A stretch of DNA of 24,000 bases from Tepidanaerobacteraceae bacterium (GCA_049658265.1 JBASOM010000021.1:40155-64154), one strand, 5' to 3'. Positions 1 to 8,912 are shown, counted from the first letter of the stretch. The notes: generated by a model from the letters alone, not told the origin. Numbers and translations: made by a program.

Positions 1-48
1 TCCACAAGGATTCCCCCCCCTTAATAATCTCAAAGCCATAATATGCCT

Positions 49-681
49 TCAAAGACTGAAATAATTTGAGAAAAGCTTAATAAATACAGGCGAAATGTAT
101 CCTTCTATTAATCCCGATATCACAAGAAAGAAACTGAAAATTAGATTCAACAACATATATCCGCTTATAACTTGGCGGTAGTCTTCCTGATATCTTTTAG
201 TTCTATTTTTTATAACGGTACTAGCGAAGGTTAAGCCGGTTACTCCTATTGAAATCATACATGGTAAAATGATGAGATTTTGCGGAAAGATGGACAATAT
301 TGATAAAATTAAACCCTTTGCTCCCAATTCTTCGATTAAAAAAGCTACGGTAAATCCCAATATAAATCCCCTAAACAAAATAACAGCTAAGATAAATGGT
401 ATACCTATGACTGAAAGCCCTAACAATATCAATAAAACAGCTGTTTTTAAGTTATTTGACATTGATAAAAAAAAGATGGATGAATAATCAACGGAAACAT
501 CATTTACATTTGCTAAAAAACCACTTATATACCTTTGCAAATTTACAGACTGTATATCGGATAAAAAGTTTACCGTAATGCTCCCAGCAATGATACCACT
601 AATCAAAATAAGACTTAAGAAAATATATTTAATTATATTTCTCTTGAAATAATCTTTCAGTATTCTGGAAAAGTAATTCAT
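49..681 (-). CDS. spoIIM: Stage II sporulation protein M (SpoIIM), polytopic membrane protein
   Basis: The maximal ORF 49..705 (218 aa) is a multi-TM protein with SpoIIM-like sequence. I place the start at ATG 681 because GGAAGGTGG lies 9 nt upstream, whereas ATG 705 has no SD. It sits in a sporulation-gene neighbourhood. Confidence 0.75.
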   Translation of the reverse strand: MNYFSRILKDYFKRNIIKYIFLSLILISGIIAGSITVNFLSDIQSVNLQRYISGFLANVNDVSVDYSSIFFLSMSNNLKTAVLLILLGLSVIGIPFILAVILFRGFILGFTVAFLIEELGAKGLILSILSIFPQNLIILPCMISIGVTGLTFASTVIKNRTKRYQEDYRQVISGYMLLNLIFSFFLVISGLIEGYISPVFIKLFSNYFSL

Positions 682-717
682 TAACGCAGTCCACCTTCCG
701 TACATATTCCATAGAAA

Positions 718-746
718 ATATTATGCCGGAGGGGACTGGATTATAC
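718..746 (-). promoter_or_regulatory. Weak sigma-E-like promoter candidate for spoIIM
   Basis: The minus strand reads GTATAAT-14 nt-CATAATAT about 37 nt upstream of ATG 681. This is only a partial match to the mother-cell sigma-E consensus as I recall it from B. subtilis (kmATAtt-14-CATAcanT). Confidence 0.25.
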
Positions 747-749
747 ATT

Positions 750-1919
750 TCAATCTAAAACCCTTCCGTAAATACCTCCTCCTCCTACCTCTATGTTCAG
801 CTTTCCTTCTCTTGCAAGTACGATATTTTCAGCTACTCGTTCCCCGACAACTTCGGTAAGTTCGGTTTTTTCAACATTGTGGATAACATTCATCTCGGTT
901 CCAAAATGTAAAATTAATTTTTCAATTGTTTTTTTGCCTATACCGGGAATAAATTCCAGCGGCACCTGATACTGATATAATGGCCTACCCGATGGATGAA
1001 TAGGTGTTTTATGGTCAGCGATGAGAGCAATCCTGTCAAATACTCCTAGTGTTACATCTTCGTTGTTACAAAAGGGACATTTTGTGATAGGTGATATATC
1101 CTTGGCAACATAGTTACATGCTGGACAAAAGGTCCTGTGGTATTTACCAAGTTTAGGGTCAAGGCCATAATTTGCCGCAATATAATTTCCATTATGCCCC
1201 TTAAGTGCTAAAACTAGATGCTCAAAGTCGGGAAATTGCAAATGCAGTTTATTGTATTCGCGTGCAATTTTTTCTAGGGAATGGGCATCTGAATTAGTTA
1301 AAAATGTTTTTTCTCTAAGTTCACTTATTGTATCGGCAAAATCCGTATCAGCGCTGAGCCCCAATTCAACTGAAATAATCTTATCCAAATCATCTTCGAA
1401 AGCATCTGCAAGTCTATCATAACAGCTTCCGTAAAAGCTTTTAAAAGGAGTAAAAACATGTGCCGGAATCAGCACTCCATCTAGATTTCGAACGATTTTA
1501 AATAAATCTTTGGCGCTAAGCCGGGCTTTTTGTGAACTCAAATTTATGTTAGTTATATATTCTGAAATGACTGAAGAAAAATCCTTAATTTGTTCAAGAA
1601 AAGGAAAGAAGGCTATGCTGTGAGCAACTCCCCTTAGCTCTTCAGTCTCTATCTCTGCTCCAAAAATTACGGTAAGCTTATCTTTATATCTTGCACCTCC
1701 ACCGGATAATGGTACTAGCTTCTCTTCATTAAACTGTTCTCGTAGTTCTTCAAGAACAAAGGGTGAAGCACAATCAATTATTCCAACAATATCTAAACCT
1801 TTCTTGTTAATGCAATAGTCATAAATATTATCAAGAGTTAACCTTCTTGAAGCGGTAATCTTAATAGGCTGATTTTTTGCTTGGCCTATGTGCACGTGTA
1901 AATCAGCAAAATATTCCAT
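750..1919 (-). CDS. PHP-domain plus zinc-ribbon protein, endonuclease Q (TIGR00375)-like
   Basis: 389 aa. It has an N-terminal YFADLHVHIG PHP-type metal motif and an internal CPAC-x12-CPFC four-Cys ribbon, followed by a C-terminal helical region. The start ATG overlaps the nudF stop by 1 nt (TAATG). Confidence 0.6.
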   Translation of the reverse strand: MEYFADLHVHIGQAKNQPIKITASRRLTLDNIYDYCINKKGLDIVGIIDCASPFVLEELREQFNEEKLVPLSGGGARYKDKLTVIFGAEIETEELRGVAHSIAFFPFLEQIKDFSSVISEYITNINLSSQKARLSAKDLFKIVRNLDGVLIPAHVFTPFKSFYGSCYDRLADAFEDDLDKIISVELGLSADTDFADTISELREKTFLTNSDAHSLEKIAREYNKLHLQFPDFEHLVLALKGHNGNYIAANYGLDPKLGKYHRTFCPACNYVAKDISPITKCPFCNNEDVTLGVFDRIALIADHKTPIHPSGRPLYQYQVPLEFIPGIGKKTIEKLILHFGTEMNVIHNVEKTELTEVVGERVAENIVLAREGKLNIEVGGGGIYGRVLD

Positions 1920-2461
1920 TATAAATCACCCTTAATTTGATCATATGCCAATAGCAATCCTGTTATTGTTTTACTATCGACAATTTCACCGGTTCGGATT
2001 TTGTTTATAGCTTCCTCAAAAGGCACTTTTTCAGCCTGTAAGTATTCATCAAAATCGGCATCTCTACTCTTTTTGATGAGATTCTTAGCAATGAACAGGT
2101 GCAGTATCTCATTGGAAAAACCAGGAGAGGTATAAAAACTTGTTAAGTACGTTAATTCATTGGGAAAATAACCCGTTTCCTCCATTAATTCACGTTCTAC
2201 ACATACCTCCCTCGATTCACCTTCCTCAAGTTTGCCTGCAGGTATTTCCAGCAACTCCCTTTCTATGGCTTTTCGGTACTGTCTTACCATCAGTACTTCA
2301 TCATTCTCGGTAATGGCAACTACAGCAACGGCCCCCGGATGCTCCACAATTTCTCTTGTGGATTTCCTCCCGTTTGGCAATAACACTTCATCCACACGTA
2401 GCTTTAATAAATTCCCAGAAAACATCTGCTTAGAACTTAGGGTCGTTTCGTAAAATTCCAT
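1919..2461 (-). CDS. nudF: Nudix hydrolase, ADP-ribose pyrophosphatase-like
   Basis: It carries a complete Nudix box, GKLEEGESREVCVERELMEETGY (Gx5Ex7REUxEExGU). I place the start at ATG 2461 (MEFYETTL...) because GGGAGTGG lies upstream. The track ORF extends to 2506 without an SD. Confidence 0.8.
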   Translation of the reverse strand: MEFYETTLSSKQMFSGNLLKLRVDEVLLPNGRKSTREIVEHPGAVAVVAITENDEVLMVRQYRKAIERELLEIPAGKLEEGESREVCVERELMEETGYFPNELTYLTSFYTSPGFSNEILHLFIAKNLIKKSRDADFDEYLQAEKVPFEEAINKIRTGEIVDSKTITGLLLAYDQIKGDL

Positions 2462-2541
2462 TATATGTTTCCACTCCCAAATAACATATTTTTTGCCCAT
2501 ATACATATAATATTTTAAGACAAGTTTAAGGAGAGGTAAAG

Positions 2542-2706
2542 GTGGAATATATCATTCACAAAGATGGGCTTTATATCGTCGGTAAGCCTTCGGAAATAAA
2601 CCATTTTTTAAACAATAAAACGAAAATTTATAGAACATTAAAAGAGTTTCTTGACTTTGAAAATGAATATGAAAGGACATGGGCAAATAAAACTTTTATT
2701 CTTTAA
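2542..2706 (+). CDS. Hypothetical 54-aa protein (MEYIIHKDGLYIVGKPSEINHFLNNKTKIYRTLKEFLDFENEYERTWANKTFIL)
   Basis: It is not in the ORF track because it is short and starts with GTG. A strong SD (AAGGAGAGG) ends 5 nt before GTG 2542. An in-frame stop at 2527-2529 means this GTG is the first possible start. It is the only plausible plus-strand gene in the window. I recognise no family. Confidence 0.4.
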   Translation: MEYIIHKDGLYIVGKPSEINHFLNNKTKIYRTLKEFLDFENEYERTWANKTFIL

Positions 2707-2744
2707 AAAATAAAGTCGCAAAGTGCTCTATATAACTTTGCGAC
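2701..2744 (-). terminator. Rho-independent terminator downstream of spo0A
   Basis: A perfect 10-bp inverted repeat, GTCGCAAAGT (2715-2724) / ACTTTGCGAC (2735-2744), has a 10-nt loop. On the minus strand it is followed by TTTATTTTTT (2714-2705). On the plus strand no U-tract follows. Confidence 0.75.
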
Positions 2745-2878
2745 ATGATATACATATCACTATTGATTAAATTTAGTCTTATCTGAATTCAGTTAAAACT
2801 ATAATGCTTTTATAATTGCCTAAAGCAACAAACCACCCGTATTTAGTCTCCAAAACCAAATCAAGTTTATAAATAAGC

Positions 2879-3661
2879 TTATCCCACCTTCAGCTCCATT
2901 CTCAGTTTATCCGAAATCAATGCAATGAACTCCGAATTTGTGGGTTTTCCTCTATCTTTTGTGGTGGTAAATCCAAAAAGGTTGTTTAAAGTTTCCACAC
3001 ACCCTCTATTCCAAGCCACTTCTATAGCATGCCTTATGGCCCTTTCCACTCTGCTAGGAGTCGTATTGTATTTTTTTGCTATGCTGGGATACAATTCTTT
3101 GGTTACTGCAGATAACAATTCTACATCATTTATCACCATAGATATGGCTTCACGGATATAAAAATAACCTTTTATGTGAGCCGGGATCCCTATTTCATGG
3201 ATAATATTTGTAATTTGAGCCTCTAGATTATCAGCTGAAAATCCTGCATTTCTTTTTTGCGTTTGCTGCACAAAAGGTGTGTTGACGTCAACCATCTGCC
3301 TTACGCGGTCAATCAAAATATTTAAGTCGAAAGGTTTAACAATGTAATAATCGGCACCTAGAGAAATTGCTTTTTGAGTAATCTTATCTTGACCTACAGC
3401 TGATAGAACAATGATTTTGGGTCTTTCCGGTTCATTAGATAACCGTTCTATTACACCTAATCCATCAAGATTAGGCATAATCAAATCGAGGATTAAAACT
3501 TCAGGTCTAAATTGGTCAACTTTTTCTAAAGCATCCAATCCATCATGGGCTACGCCAACAACTTTGATATCCTTTTGACTTTCGAAAAATTCAACCACCA
3601 AATTGCAAAACTCTTTGTTGTCGTCAGCAATTAACAATTTCACTGACTGTTCTTCCAACAT
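2879..3661 (-). CDS. spo0A: Sporulation master regulator Spo0A (response regulator)
   Basis: 260 aa. The receiver domain shows LLIADDN...LDLIMP. The C-terminal region contains the Spo0A-specific [15 protein letters not shown] helix. SD GGGGGG lies 6 nt before ATG 3661. Confidence 0.97.
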   Translation of the reverse strand: MLEEQSVKLLIADDNKEFCNLVVEFFESQKDIKVVGVAHDGLDALEKVDQFRPEVLILDLIMPNLDGLGVIERLSNEPERPKIIVLSAVGQDKITQKAISLGADYYIVKPFDLNILIDRVRQMVDVNTPFVQQTQKRNAGFSADNLEAQITNIIHEIGIPAHIKGYFYIREAISMVINDVELLSAVTKELYPSIAKKYNTTPSRVERAIRHAIEVAWNRGCVETLNNLFGFTTTKDRGKPTNSEFIALISDKLRMELKVG

Positions 3662-3700
3662 TAAAAACCCCCCTATGAATAATTTACTGATAAATGATTA

Positions 3701-3727
3701 ATTCGACAAAGACTGGAATTTTCCTCC
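3701..3727 (-). promoter_or_regulatory. Sigma-H-type promoter candidate for spo0A with an overlapping 0A box
   Basis: The minus strand reads GGAGGAAAA (3727-3719), an 11-nt spacer, then GTCGAATTA (3707-3699). This fits the recalled sigma-H consensus RnAGGAwww-11/12-RnnGAATww. A perfect Spo0A box, TGTCGAA (3708-3702 on the minus strand), overlaps the -10 element, 41-47 nt upstream of the ATG. Confidence 0.45.
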
Positions 3728-3750
3728 TTGTATTCCATATTTTGTTTAAA

Positions 3751-5037
3751 TTATATTTTTTCACGGTTGCCTACGGTATTAATCTCATTTAACATCCATT
3801 CAACAAATATGCCGTACCCTTTTGTCGGATCATTTACGAATACATGTGTTACTGCACCAACTATATAACCATTTTGGATTATAGGACTTCCGCTCATGCC
3901 TTGTATAATACCGCCGGTTTTTGCGATAAGCTCTTCATCAGTTATTTTTATTATCATGCCTTTATCATTAGGATGAGATTGTTTTATTATCTTTTGTATC
4001 TCTATATCAAATTCCTGTATTCTTTCTCCTTCAATTACCGTCAAAATCTTTGCCTTGCCTTCTTGAACTTGATTTATGGTAGCAACGGGAAGAGAATCGT
4101 AAAATGGGTTCTCAAAGGAATAACGAGCTTCTCCGAAAATACCAAAAGGAGTATTTGCAACTATTGTGCCAATAATTTTGTCTTCATTTACAAAAACTCC
4201 TTTCTTTTCTCCAGGCTGATTTTTTTTGCCAGGTGTTATTGAAGATATTTTAGCTCGAATTATCTCTCCTTGGCCTACCTCTATAATTTTCCCCGTATCT
4301 GCGTCCGAAATAATATGACCTAAAGCACCATAAAAATTTGATTTTGGGTCGTAAAAAGTTAATGTTCCAACTCCTGCTGCTATGTCCCTTACCCACAATC
4401 CAATCTGATAATAACCTAAATTGTTTTTTACAGGACTTAATGTTACATTGAAGGTCTCCCCATTTCTTTTTACAGCAAGGTTTACGGTTTTCTGCTTGTC
4501 AATTAATCTTGTCAACTCTTCTGCCTGATTGATTTTTTGGTTGTTAACCATAACAATGGTATCGCCCACCTGTATGCCCGCATCCTGTGCAGGCTGATGT
4601 CTGCGGCCTTTTTCATCAATTACAGATGCTAATCCCACTACTATCACGCCATTTGGCCTCAGCTTCACTCCAAGTGAATGCCCCCCCGGGACAACCCTGG
4701 TTTCAGGTAATACATATACTTTCAACCTCTTTACCGGTATAAAACCTAATAATCTAAACTCTAAATTGTATGCCCCCTGACTAGATGATTTTAAGACAAG
4801 AGGCTCTTTTAAATTTATTGTAAGCTTATCTTTTATATAGTTACCATTAACAAAAAAAGGGGCTTTACAAAATAGTTGTAAGGTCATTGGAGCTTCAAGC
4901 TCAAGCCTTTGCTCTTTTCCCTCAATTAATTTTATTTCATCCGGCAAATCAACGAGAAAAATATTGATGAAAGTAGAAGCAAAAATCAGTACTAATAAAA
5001 AAAACATGGCAAATTTATTCAATTTTGTTTTTTGCAT
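3751..5037 (-). CDS. spoIVB: SpoIVB signalling serine peptidase (S55, PDZ domain)
   Basis: 428 aa. It has an N-terminal TM segment, a PDZ-like segment (GIQVGDTIVMVNNQKI) and S55 protease motifs (GTLTFYDP...YGALGH, GMSGSPI). It occupies the canonical position next to spo0A and recN. Confidence 0.93.
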   Translation of the reverse strand: MQKTKLNKFAMFFLLVLIFASTFINIFLVDLPDEIKLIEGKEQRLELEAPMTLQLFCKAPFFVNGNYIKDKLTINLKEPLVLKSSSQGAYNLEFRLLGFIPVKRLKVYVLPETRVVPGGHSLGVKLRPNGVIVVGLASVIDEKGRRHQPAQDAGIQVGDTIVMVNNQKINQAEELTRLIDKQKTVNLAVKRNGETFNVTLSPVKNNLGYYQIGLWVRDIAAGVGTLTFYDPKSNFYGALGHIISDADTGKIIEVGQGEIIRAKISSITPGKKNQPGEKKGVFVNEDKIIGTIVANTPFGIFGEARYSFENPFYDSLPVATINQVQEGKAKILTVIEGERIQEFDIEIQKIIKQSHPNDKGMIIKITDEELIAKTGGIIQGMSGSPIIQNGYIVGAVTHVFVNDPTKGYGIFVEWMLNEINTVGNREKI

Positions 5038-5122
5038 TCTTTCACTCCCGACTTAAGTGCATACTTGATGATAAAAAAAACAATGTGGATTAGTGACTGA
5101 AAATAAACTTTCCTACGAGTTA

Positions 5123-5152
5123 TAAGATAACCTTAACAAAATCTTTTTATAC
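5123..5152 (-). promoter_or_regulatory. Forespore (sigma-F/G-like) promoter candidate for spoIVB
   Basis: The minus strand reads GTATA (5152-5148), a 15-nt spacer, then GGTTATCTTA (5132-5123). This has one mismatch to the recalled sigma-F pattern GyATA-15-GGnnAnAHTR. It lies about 85 nt upstream of ATG 5037. Confidence 0.25.
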
Positions 5153-5185
5153 TGCATAATCGGGAGTCAATTTTTGCAAAATAAG

Positions 5186-5217
5186 AACAAAAAAAGCCTT
5201 GCAATTGTTGCAAGGCT
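5186..5217 (-). terminator. Rho-independent terminator downstream of recN
   Basis: A perfect 10-bp stem, AGCCTTGCAA (5195-5204) / TTGCAAGGCT (5208-5217), is followed on the minus strand by a run of 7 T (plus-strand A-run 5189-5195). Confidence 0.8.
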
Positions 5218-5235
5218 CGGCTTAAAACTCAAATA

Positions 5236-6963
5236 TTAAATTGACTCCTTTATCTTTTTTGCCATATTTAGCATCTCTTGAGCATGGGCAAGGGTATTTT
5301 TCGTTATTTTGGCGCCACCTAGCATTCGCGCAAGCTCATTTATCCTATCCTGGCCTTCGATTCGGTATACTCTCGTTGAAGTATGCTCATCAACACTTTC
5401 TTTTTTTATTAAATAATGAAAATCTCCGATGCTTGCAATTTGCGGAGAGTGCGTTACGCATAAGATTTGATGCTGCCTGGCAAGTTTTGATAGCTTTTCT
5501 CCCACTGCCTGGGCTGTTCTGCCACCAATGCCGGCATCTATTTCATCAAAGATTAAGCATGAAATTTTATCAACCTTGGCCAGAATGCTTTTTAACGCCA
5601 ACATTATCCGCGACGATTCGCCGCCTGAAATGATTTTTGCCAAAGGTTTTAACGGTTCTCCCGGGTTTGTAGATATCAAAAATTCAACTTCGTCAATGCC
5701 GTCTTCAGTTATTGATACCACTTCATCGCCTAAATCTATTCCATTCGGGTCCTTTTGTATCCTAATTTCCACTTTAAATACAACGTTTTTCATACCTAAG
5801 TCTTTCAACTCTTTTGAAATACTGTCTTCTAATTGTTGTGCTATACTCTGCCTTTGCTCATGTAACTTAATCGCGCTTTTGCTAAGCTCTGATTCGATTT
5901 TAGCAAGTTTTGTTTTTAGCTCCTCGATTTCCTCGTTTATATTAAAAGCTAAATCCAATTCGGCTGCAATTTGCGCTTTATAATCCAATAGTTCGGCAAG
6001 GCTTTTATTATATTTTGATTTAAGTCTATCTAATAGTTCCAATCTCCTATTTATCTCATCAAGCCTGCCCATGTCAAAATCTATTGAATCCCTAAGATTG
6101 CGCAGGTTGGATGAGATGTCCTCTAGTTCATACAATATATTTTTTAGGGACTCAGTAATGTTATCTACAGGTGCATAAAAAATAACAATCTTTTCAAGGC
6201 AATCTATAACCTTGCTAAGGCAGTCAGTTACGGACAGATTTTCGAGGCCATGGTATAAAATACTGTATGCGAAATCTAAAGCGCTGAAGATCTTCTCAGC
6301 GTTTTCAAGAATCTCCCTATCTTCTCGCAATGCCGTATCTTCGTCAGCTTTTAATTGTGCCTTTTCTAACTCATTAAGCTCATATCTTAACCTGTCCTGT
6401 TCCCTATGAAAATCCATATGTCTTTTTTGTAACTGGCTAATTTTGTTTTGTATCTGGCAGTATTCTTTGTAAAGATTTTTTACTTCCTTCTTGGATTTTG
6501 ATACATCTTCATAACCAAGGGAATCTAAAATTCTAATATGATTTTTGCTATCAAGAAGTGATTGATGCTCATGTTGTCCGTGTATATCTATAATTAGTTT
6601 GCCTACTCGTTTGAGTGCAGAGGCAGGAACCATTTTGCCATTCAACCTAGAAATACTTCGCCCCTGGATATTTATTTCTCTCGTTATTATTAGCGTATTA
6701 TCTTCCGGTTCAATGCCATATTCTTTTAATACCTCATCCACACCTTCATCTTCATATTCAAATGCTGCTTCAACGCTGGCATTCTGCCGTCCAGTGCGGA
6801 TAAATTCAGTATAAGCTCTTTCACCAATGATGAGATTTATAGCATCAATAATGATCGATTTGCCTGCTCCCGTTTCGCCGGTGAGAATGTTTAATCCAGG
6901 ACCAAAATCAATGGATATATTGTCAATTAGAGCATAGTTTTTAATACAGAGGTTAAGGAGCAT
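5236..6963 (-). CDS. recN: DNA repair protein RecN (SMC-like ATPase)
   Basis: About 575 aa. It has Walker A GETGAGKS, a long coiled-coil middle and a C-terminal signature/Walker B region (GGESSRIMLALK, LIFDEIDAGIGG). ATG 6963 lies 8 nt after AAGGAGG. The track uses TTG 6966. Confidence 0.95.
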   Translation of the reverse strand: MLLNLCIKNYALIDNISIDFGPGLNILTGETGAGKSIIIDAINLIIGERAYTEFIRTGRQNASVEAAFEYEDEGVDEVLKEYGIEPEDNTLIITREINIQGRSISRLNGKMVPASALKRVGKLIIDIHGQHEHQSLLDSKNHIRILDSLGYEDVSKSKKEVKNLYKEYCQIQNKISQLQKRHMDFHREQDRLRYELNELEKAQLKADEDTALREDREILENAEKIFSALDFAYSILYHGLENLSVTDCLSKVIDCLEKIVIFYAPVDNITESLKNILYELEDISSNLRNLRDSIDFDMGRLDEINRRLELLDRLKSKYNKSLAELLDYKAQIAAELDLAFNINEEIEELKTKLAKIESELSKSAIKLHEQRQSIAQQLEDSISKELKDLGMKNVVFKVEIRIQKDPNGIDLGDEVVSITEDGIDEVEFLISTNPGEPLKPLAKIISGGESSRIMLALKSILAKVDKISCLIFDEIDAGIGGRTAQAVGEKLSKLARQHQILCVTHSPQIASIGDFHYLIKKESVDEHTSTRVYRIEGQDRINELARMLGGAKITKNTLAHAQEMLNMAKKIKESI

Positions 6964-6976
6964 CAAATTTGCCTCC

Positions 6977-7423
6977 TTATCTCAAAATTTCTTCCAATCT
7001 GTCCATAATATCCCTGACAACCTTTTTAGACTTGGCTACAACTAAAATAGTATTGTCACCGGCCACTGTGCCTAATACATCATTCCAGTCGAGGACATCT
7101 ATAGCTTCAGCAACTGCAGAAGCTGTTCCCGAAGATGTTTTAATTACAATAATGTTTTCTGATGCAGCAAAGCTAATGATGGATTCTTTAAATATCCTAA
7201 GCAATCTATCTGATGATAGAGAAGTTCTCTCAGGTTCTGCATAGCAGTAGTGTTCGTTGTTTCGTAAAACCTTAACTAATCTCAGTTCTTTTATATCTCT
7301 AGACACGGTAGCTTGAGTTACTTTAAAGCCTTCCTTCCTAAGTTCCTCTGCCAATTCTTCTTGGGTTTGTATGGGTTTTTCCCTTATGATTTCTCTTATC
7401 TTCAAGTGTCTTTTTTGCTTCAT
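6977..7423 (-). CDS. argR: Arginine repressor ArgR/AhrC
   Basis: It has a winged-helix N-terminus (KIREIIREKPIQTQEELAEEL...VTQATVSRDIKEL) and a C-terminal oligomerisation domain (GTVAGDNTILVV). I place the start at ATG 7423 because GGAGAGGTG lies upstream. The track ORF extends to 7456. Confidence 0.9.
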   Translation of the reverse strand: MKQKRHLKIREIIREKPIQTQEELAEELRKEGFKVTQATVSRDIKELRLVKVLRNNEHYCYAEPERTSLSSDRLLRIFKESIISFAASENIIVIKTSSGTASAVAEAIDVLDWNDVLGTVAGDNTILVVAKSKKVVRDIMDRLEEILR

Positions 7424-7456
7424 AAAGCACCTCTCCACCCTTAATATCCCGCACAT

Positions 7457-8305
7457 TCATTCACTCAATTTTTTTCTAAGCAAATCGTAAAAACTCCTCT
7501 TTTTGATGCGTATCAAGCGAGTTGAAAAAGATGATTTGTTCACTATTACCGTATCCTTAGGCAATAATTTGTAACCCTCCTGGCCATCCACCGTCAACAT
7601 TACTTCAGGATGGTCTGCCAAAACTGTAACTTTAATCACATCATCCTGAGAAAGGATAATTGAACGACTGTGCAATGTGTGAGGACAAATCGGAGTCAAT
7701 AAGAGGAGGTTCATATCAGGTCTTATTATTGGGCCGCCGGCAGATAAGGAGTAGGCAGTGGAGCCTGTTGGCGTAGATATTATCAGCCCATCCGCCGGAT
7801 AAGTGTCCACGTAAGCTTCATTGGCATATGTCTTGAGTCTTATTAGTCTTGCGAAGGGACCTTTGGTTATAACTATATCATTGAGGGCTAAAAATTCAGT
7901 CAAGACTTTCTCGTTTCGAATAACTTTTGCCTCCAGCATCATTCGAACATCAATATCGTACTCTTTGTTGTGAAAACATTCTAGGTCAGTGAATAAATCA
8001 CCGAGTTCAACTTCGGTTAAAAATCCCACATGACCCATATTTATACCCAAAATAGGTATTTTATGTTGTGCAACAAGTCTAGCTACACCTAAAAGAGTTC
8101 CATCGCCGCCTAGCGTAACTGCCACATCTATTTTGCTGGTAAGCTCAGCAGGGTCTGCTGAAAGGTAGGACATGTCTAGCAATTCCGCAACTTCCATAGA
8201 AAGTTTTACTCGATAAGCTCTATCTTCAAACCATGTAACCAAACTTTTTGCGACTTTTATCATATTTTTTTTGCGTATATTTGGGAAGACACCTACAGTT
8301 AGCAT
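7457..8305 (-). CDS. nadK: NAD+ kinase
   Basis: 282 aa with the GGDGTLL motif and the NAD kinase C-terminal region (TPTGSTAYSLSAGGPI). Confidence 0.92.
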   Translation of the reverse strand: MLTVGVFPNIRKKNMIKVAKSLVTWFEDRAYRVKLSMEVAELLDMSYLSADPAELTSKIDVAVTLGGDGTLLGVARLVAQHKIPILGINMGHVGFLTEVELGDLFTDLECFHNKEYDIDVRMMLEAKVIRNEKVLTEFLALNDIVITKGPFARLIRLKTYANEAYVDTYPADGLIISTPTGSTAYSLSAGGPIIRPDMNLLLLTPICPHTLHSRSIILSQDDVIKVTVLADHPEVMLTVDGQEGYKLLPKDTVIVNKSSFSTRLIRIKKRSFYDLLRKKLSE

Positions 8306-8306
8306 T

Positions 8307-8828
8307 TTATCCTCCTCTAGTTAAAAAGCCAACAACGAAACCTACTATAAATAAGAACAATAATATAAGTAAGTGCTTAAAGTATGTGGTTTTTTCATAA
8401 TTTATTATAGAGTACTCTACGGTCCTCAATCTTTGTTTTTCCATGTCAACTAAGATTAAACCGCTTGGACGGTACACCATGAAATATTCTAGCAATTGCC
8501 GCCGCGTATCTGCGTACTTGGGAGATGTTACTTTATCACCTGTTTTTACTTCAGCAACGTAAATTTTATTGCCTTTTTTCACAATCATATCAGCTTTGAC
8601 TGTTACTTTGTGAGCTTTATTATCAATAAATAATGTATACGATGATTCTTTTTGTAAATCAAGTATCTCAAAGCCATTATTCTCCATAAACTTTATGGCT
8701 TTATGTTCACCTCTTTTGGCCTTCTTCATTCTCTTTATTAGCTGCAGCTTTCTTATGTATTTAATAATATTTATTGTCAAAAAGATACCTATTATTGCAC
8801 CAAATATTAAATAATATATAATATCCAT
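8307..8828 (-). CDS. Membrane-flanked PD-(D/E)xK (NERD/YraN-like) nuclease-fold protein, function unknown
   Basis: One hydrophobic helix sits at each end (IIYYLIFGAIIGIFLTINII and LLILLFLFIVGFVVGFL). Between them is a soluble core of about 125 aa with the pattern RGEHKAIKFMENNGFEIL ... KADMIVKKGNKIYVAEVKTG, i.e. E...D...ExK. I place the start at ATG 8828 (GAAGGG 7 nt upstream). The track starts at GTG 8858. Confidence 0.5.
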   Translation of the reverse strand: MDIIYYLIFGAIIGIFLTINIIKYIRKLQLIKRMKKAKRGEHKAIKFMENNGFEILDLQKESSYTLFIDNKAHKVTVKADMIVKKGNKIYVAEVKTGDKVTSPKYADTRRQLLEYFMVYRPSGLILVDMEKQRLRTVEYSIINYEKTTYFKHLLILLFLFIVGFVVGFLTRGG

Positions 8829-8912
8829 TTTTAAACCCTTCAAGATCTTCAGTATCACTATGATAGCTTTTCCTCGCTATTGCTATATTTCTACAAAAAA
8901 ATAAAAATTCCT

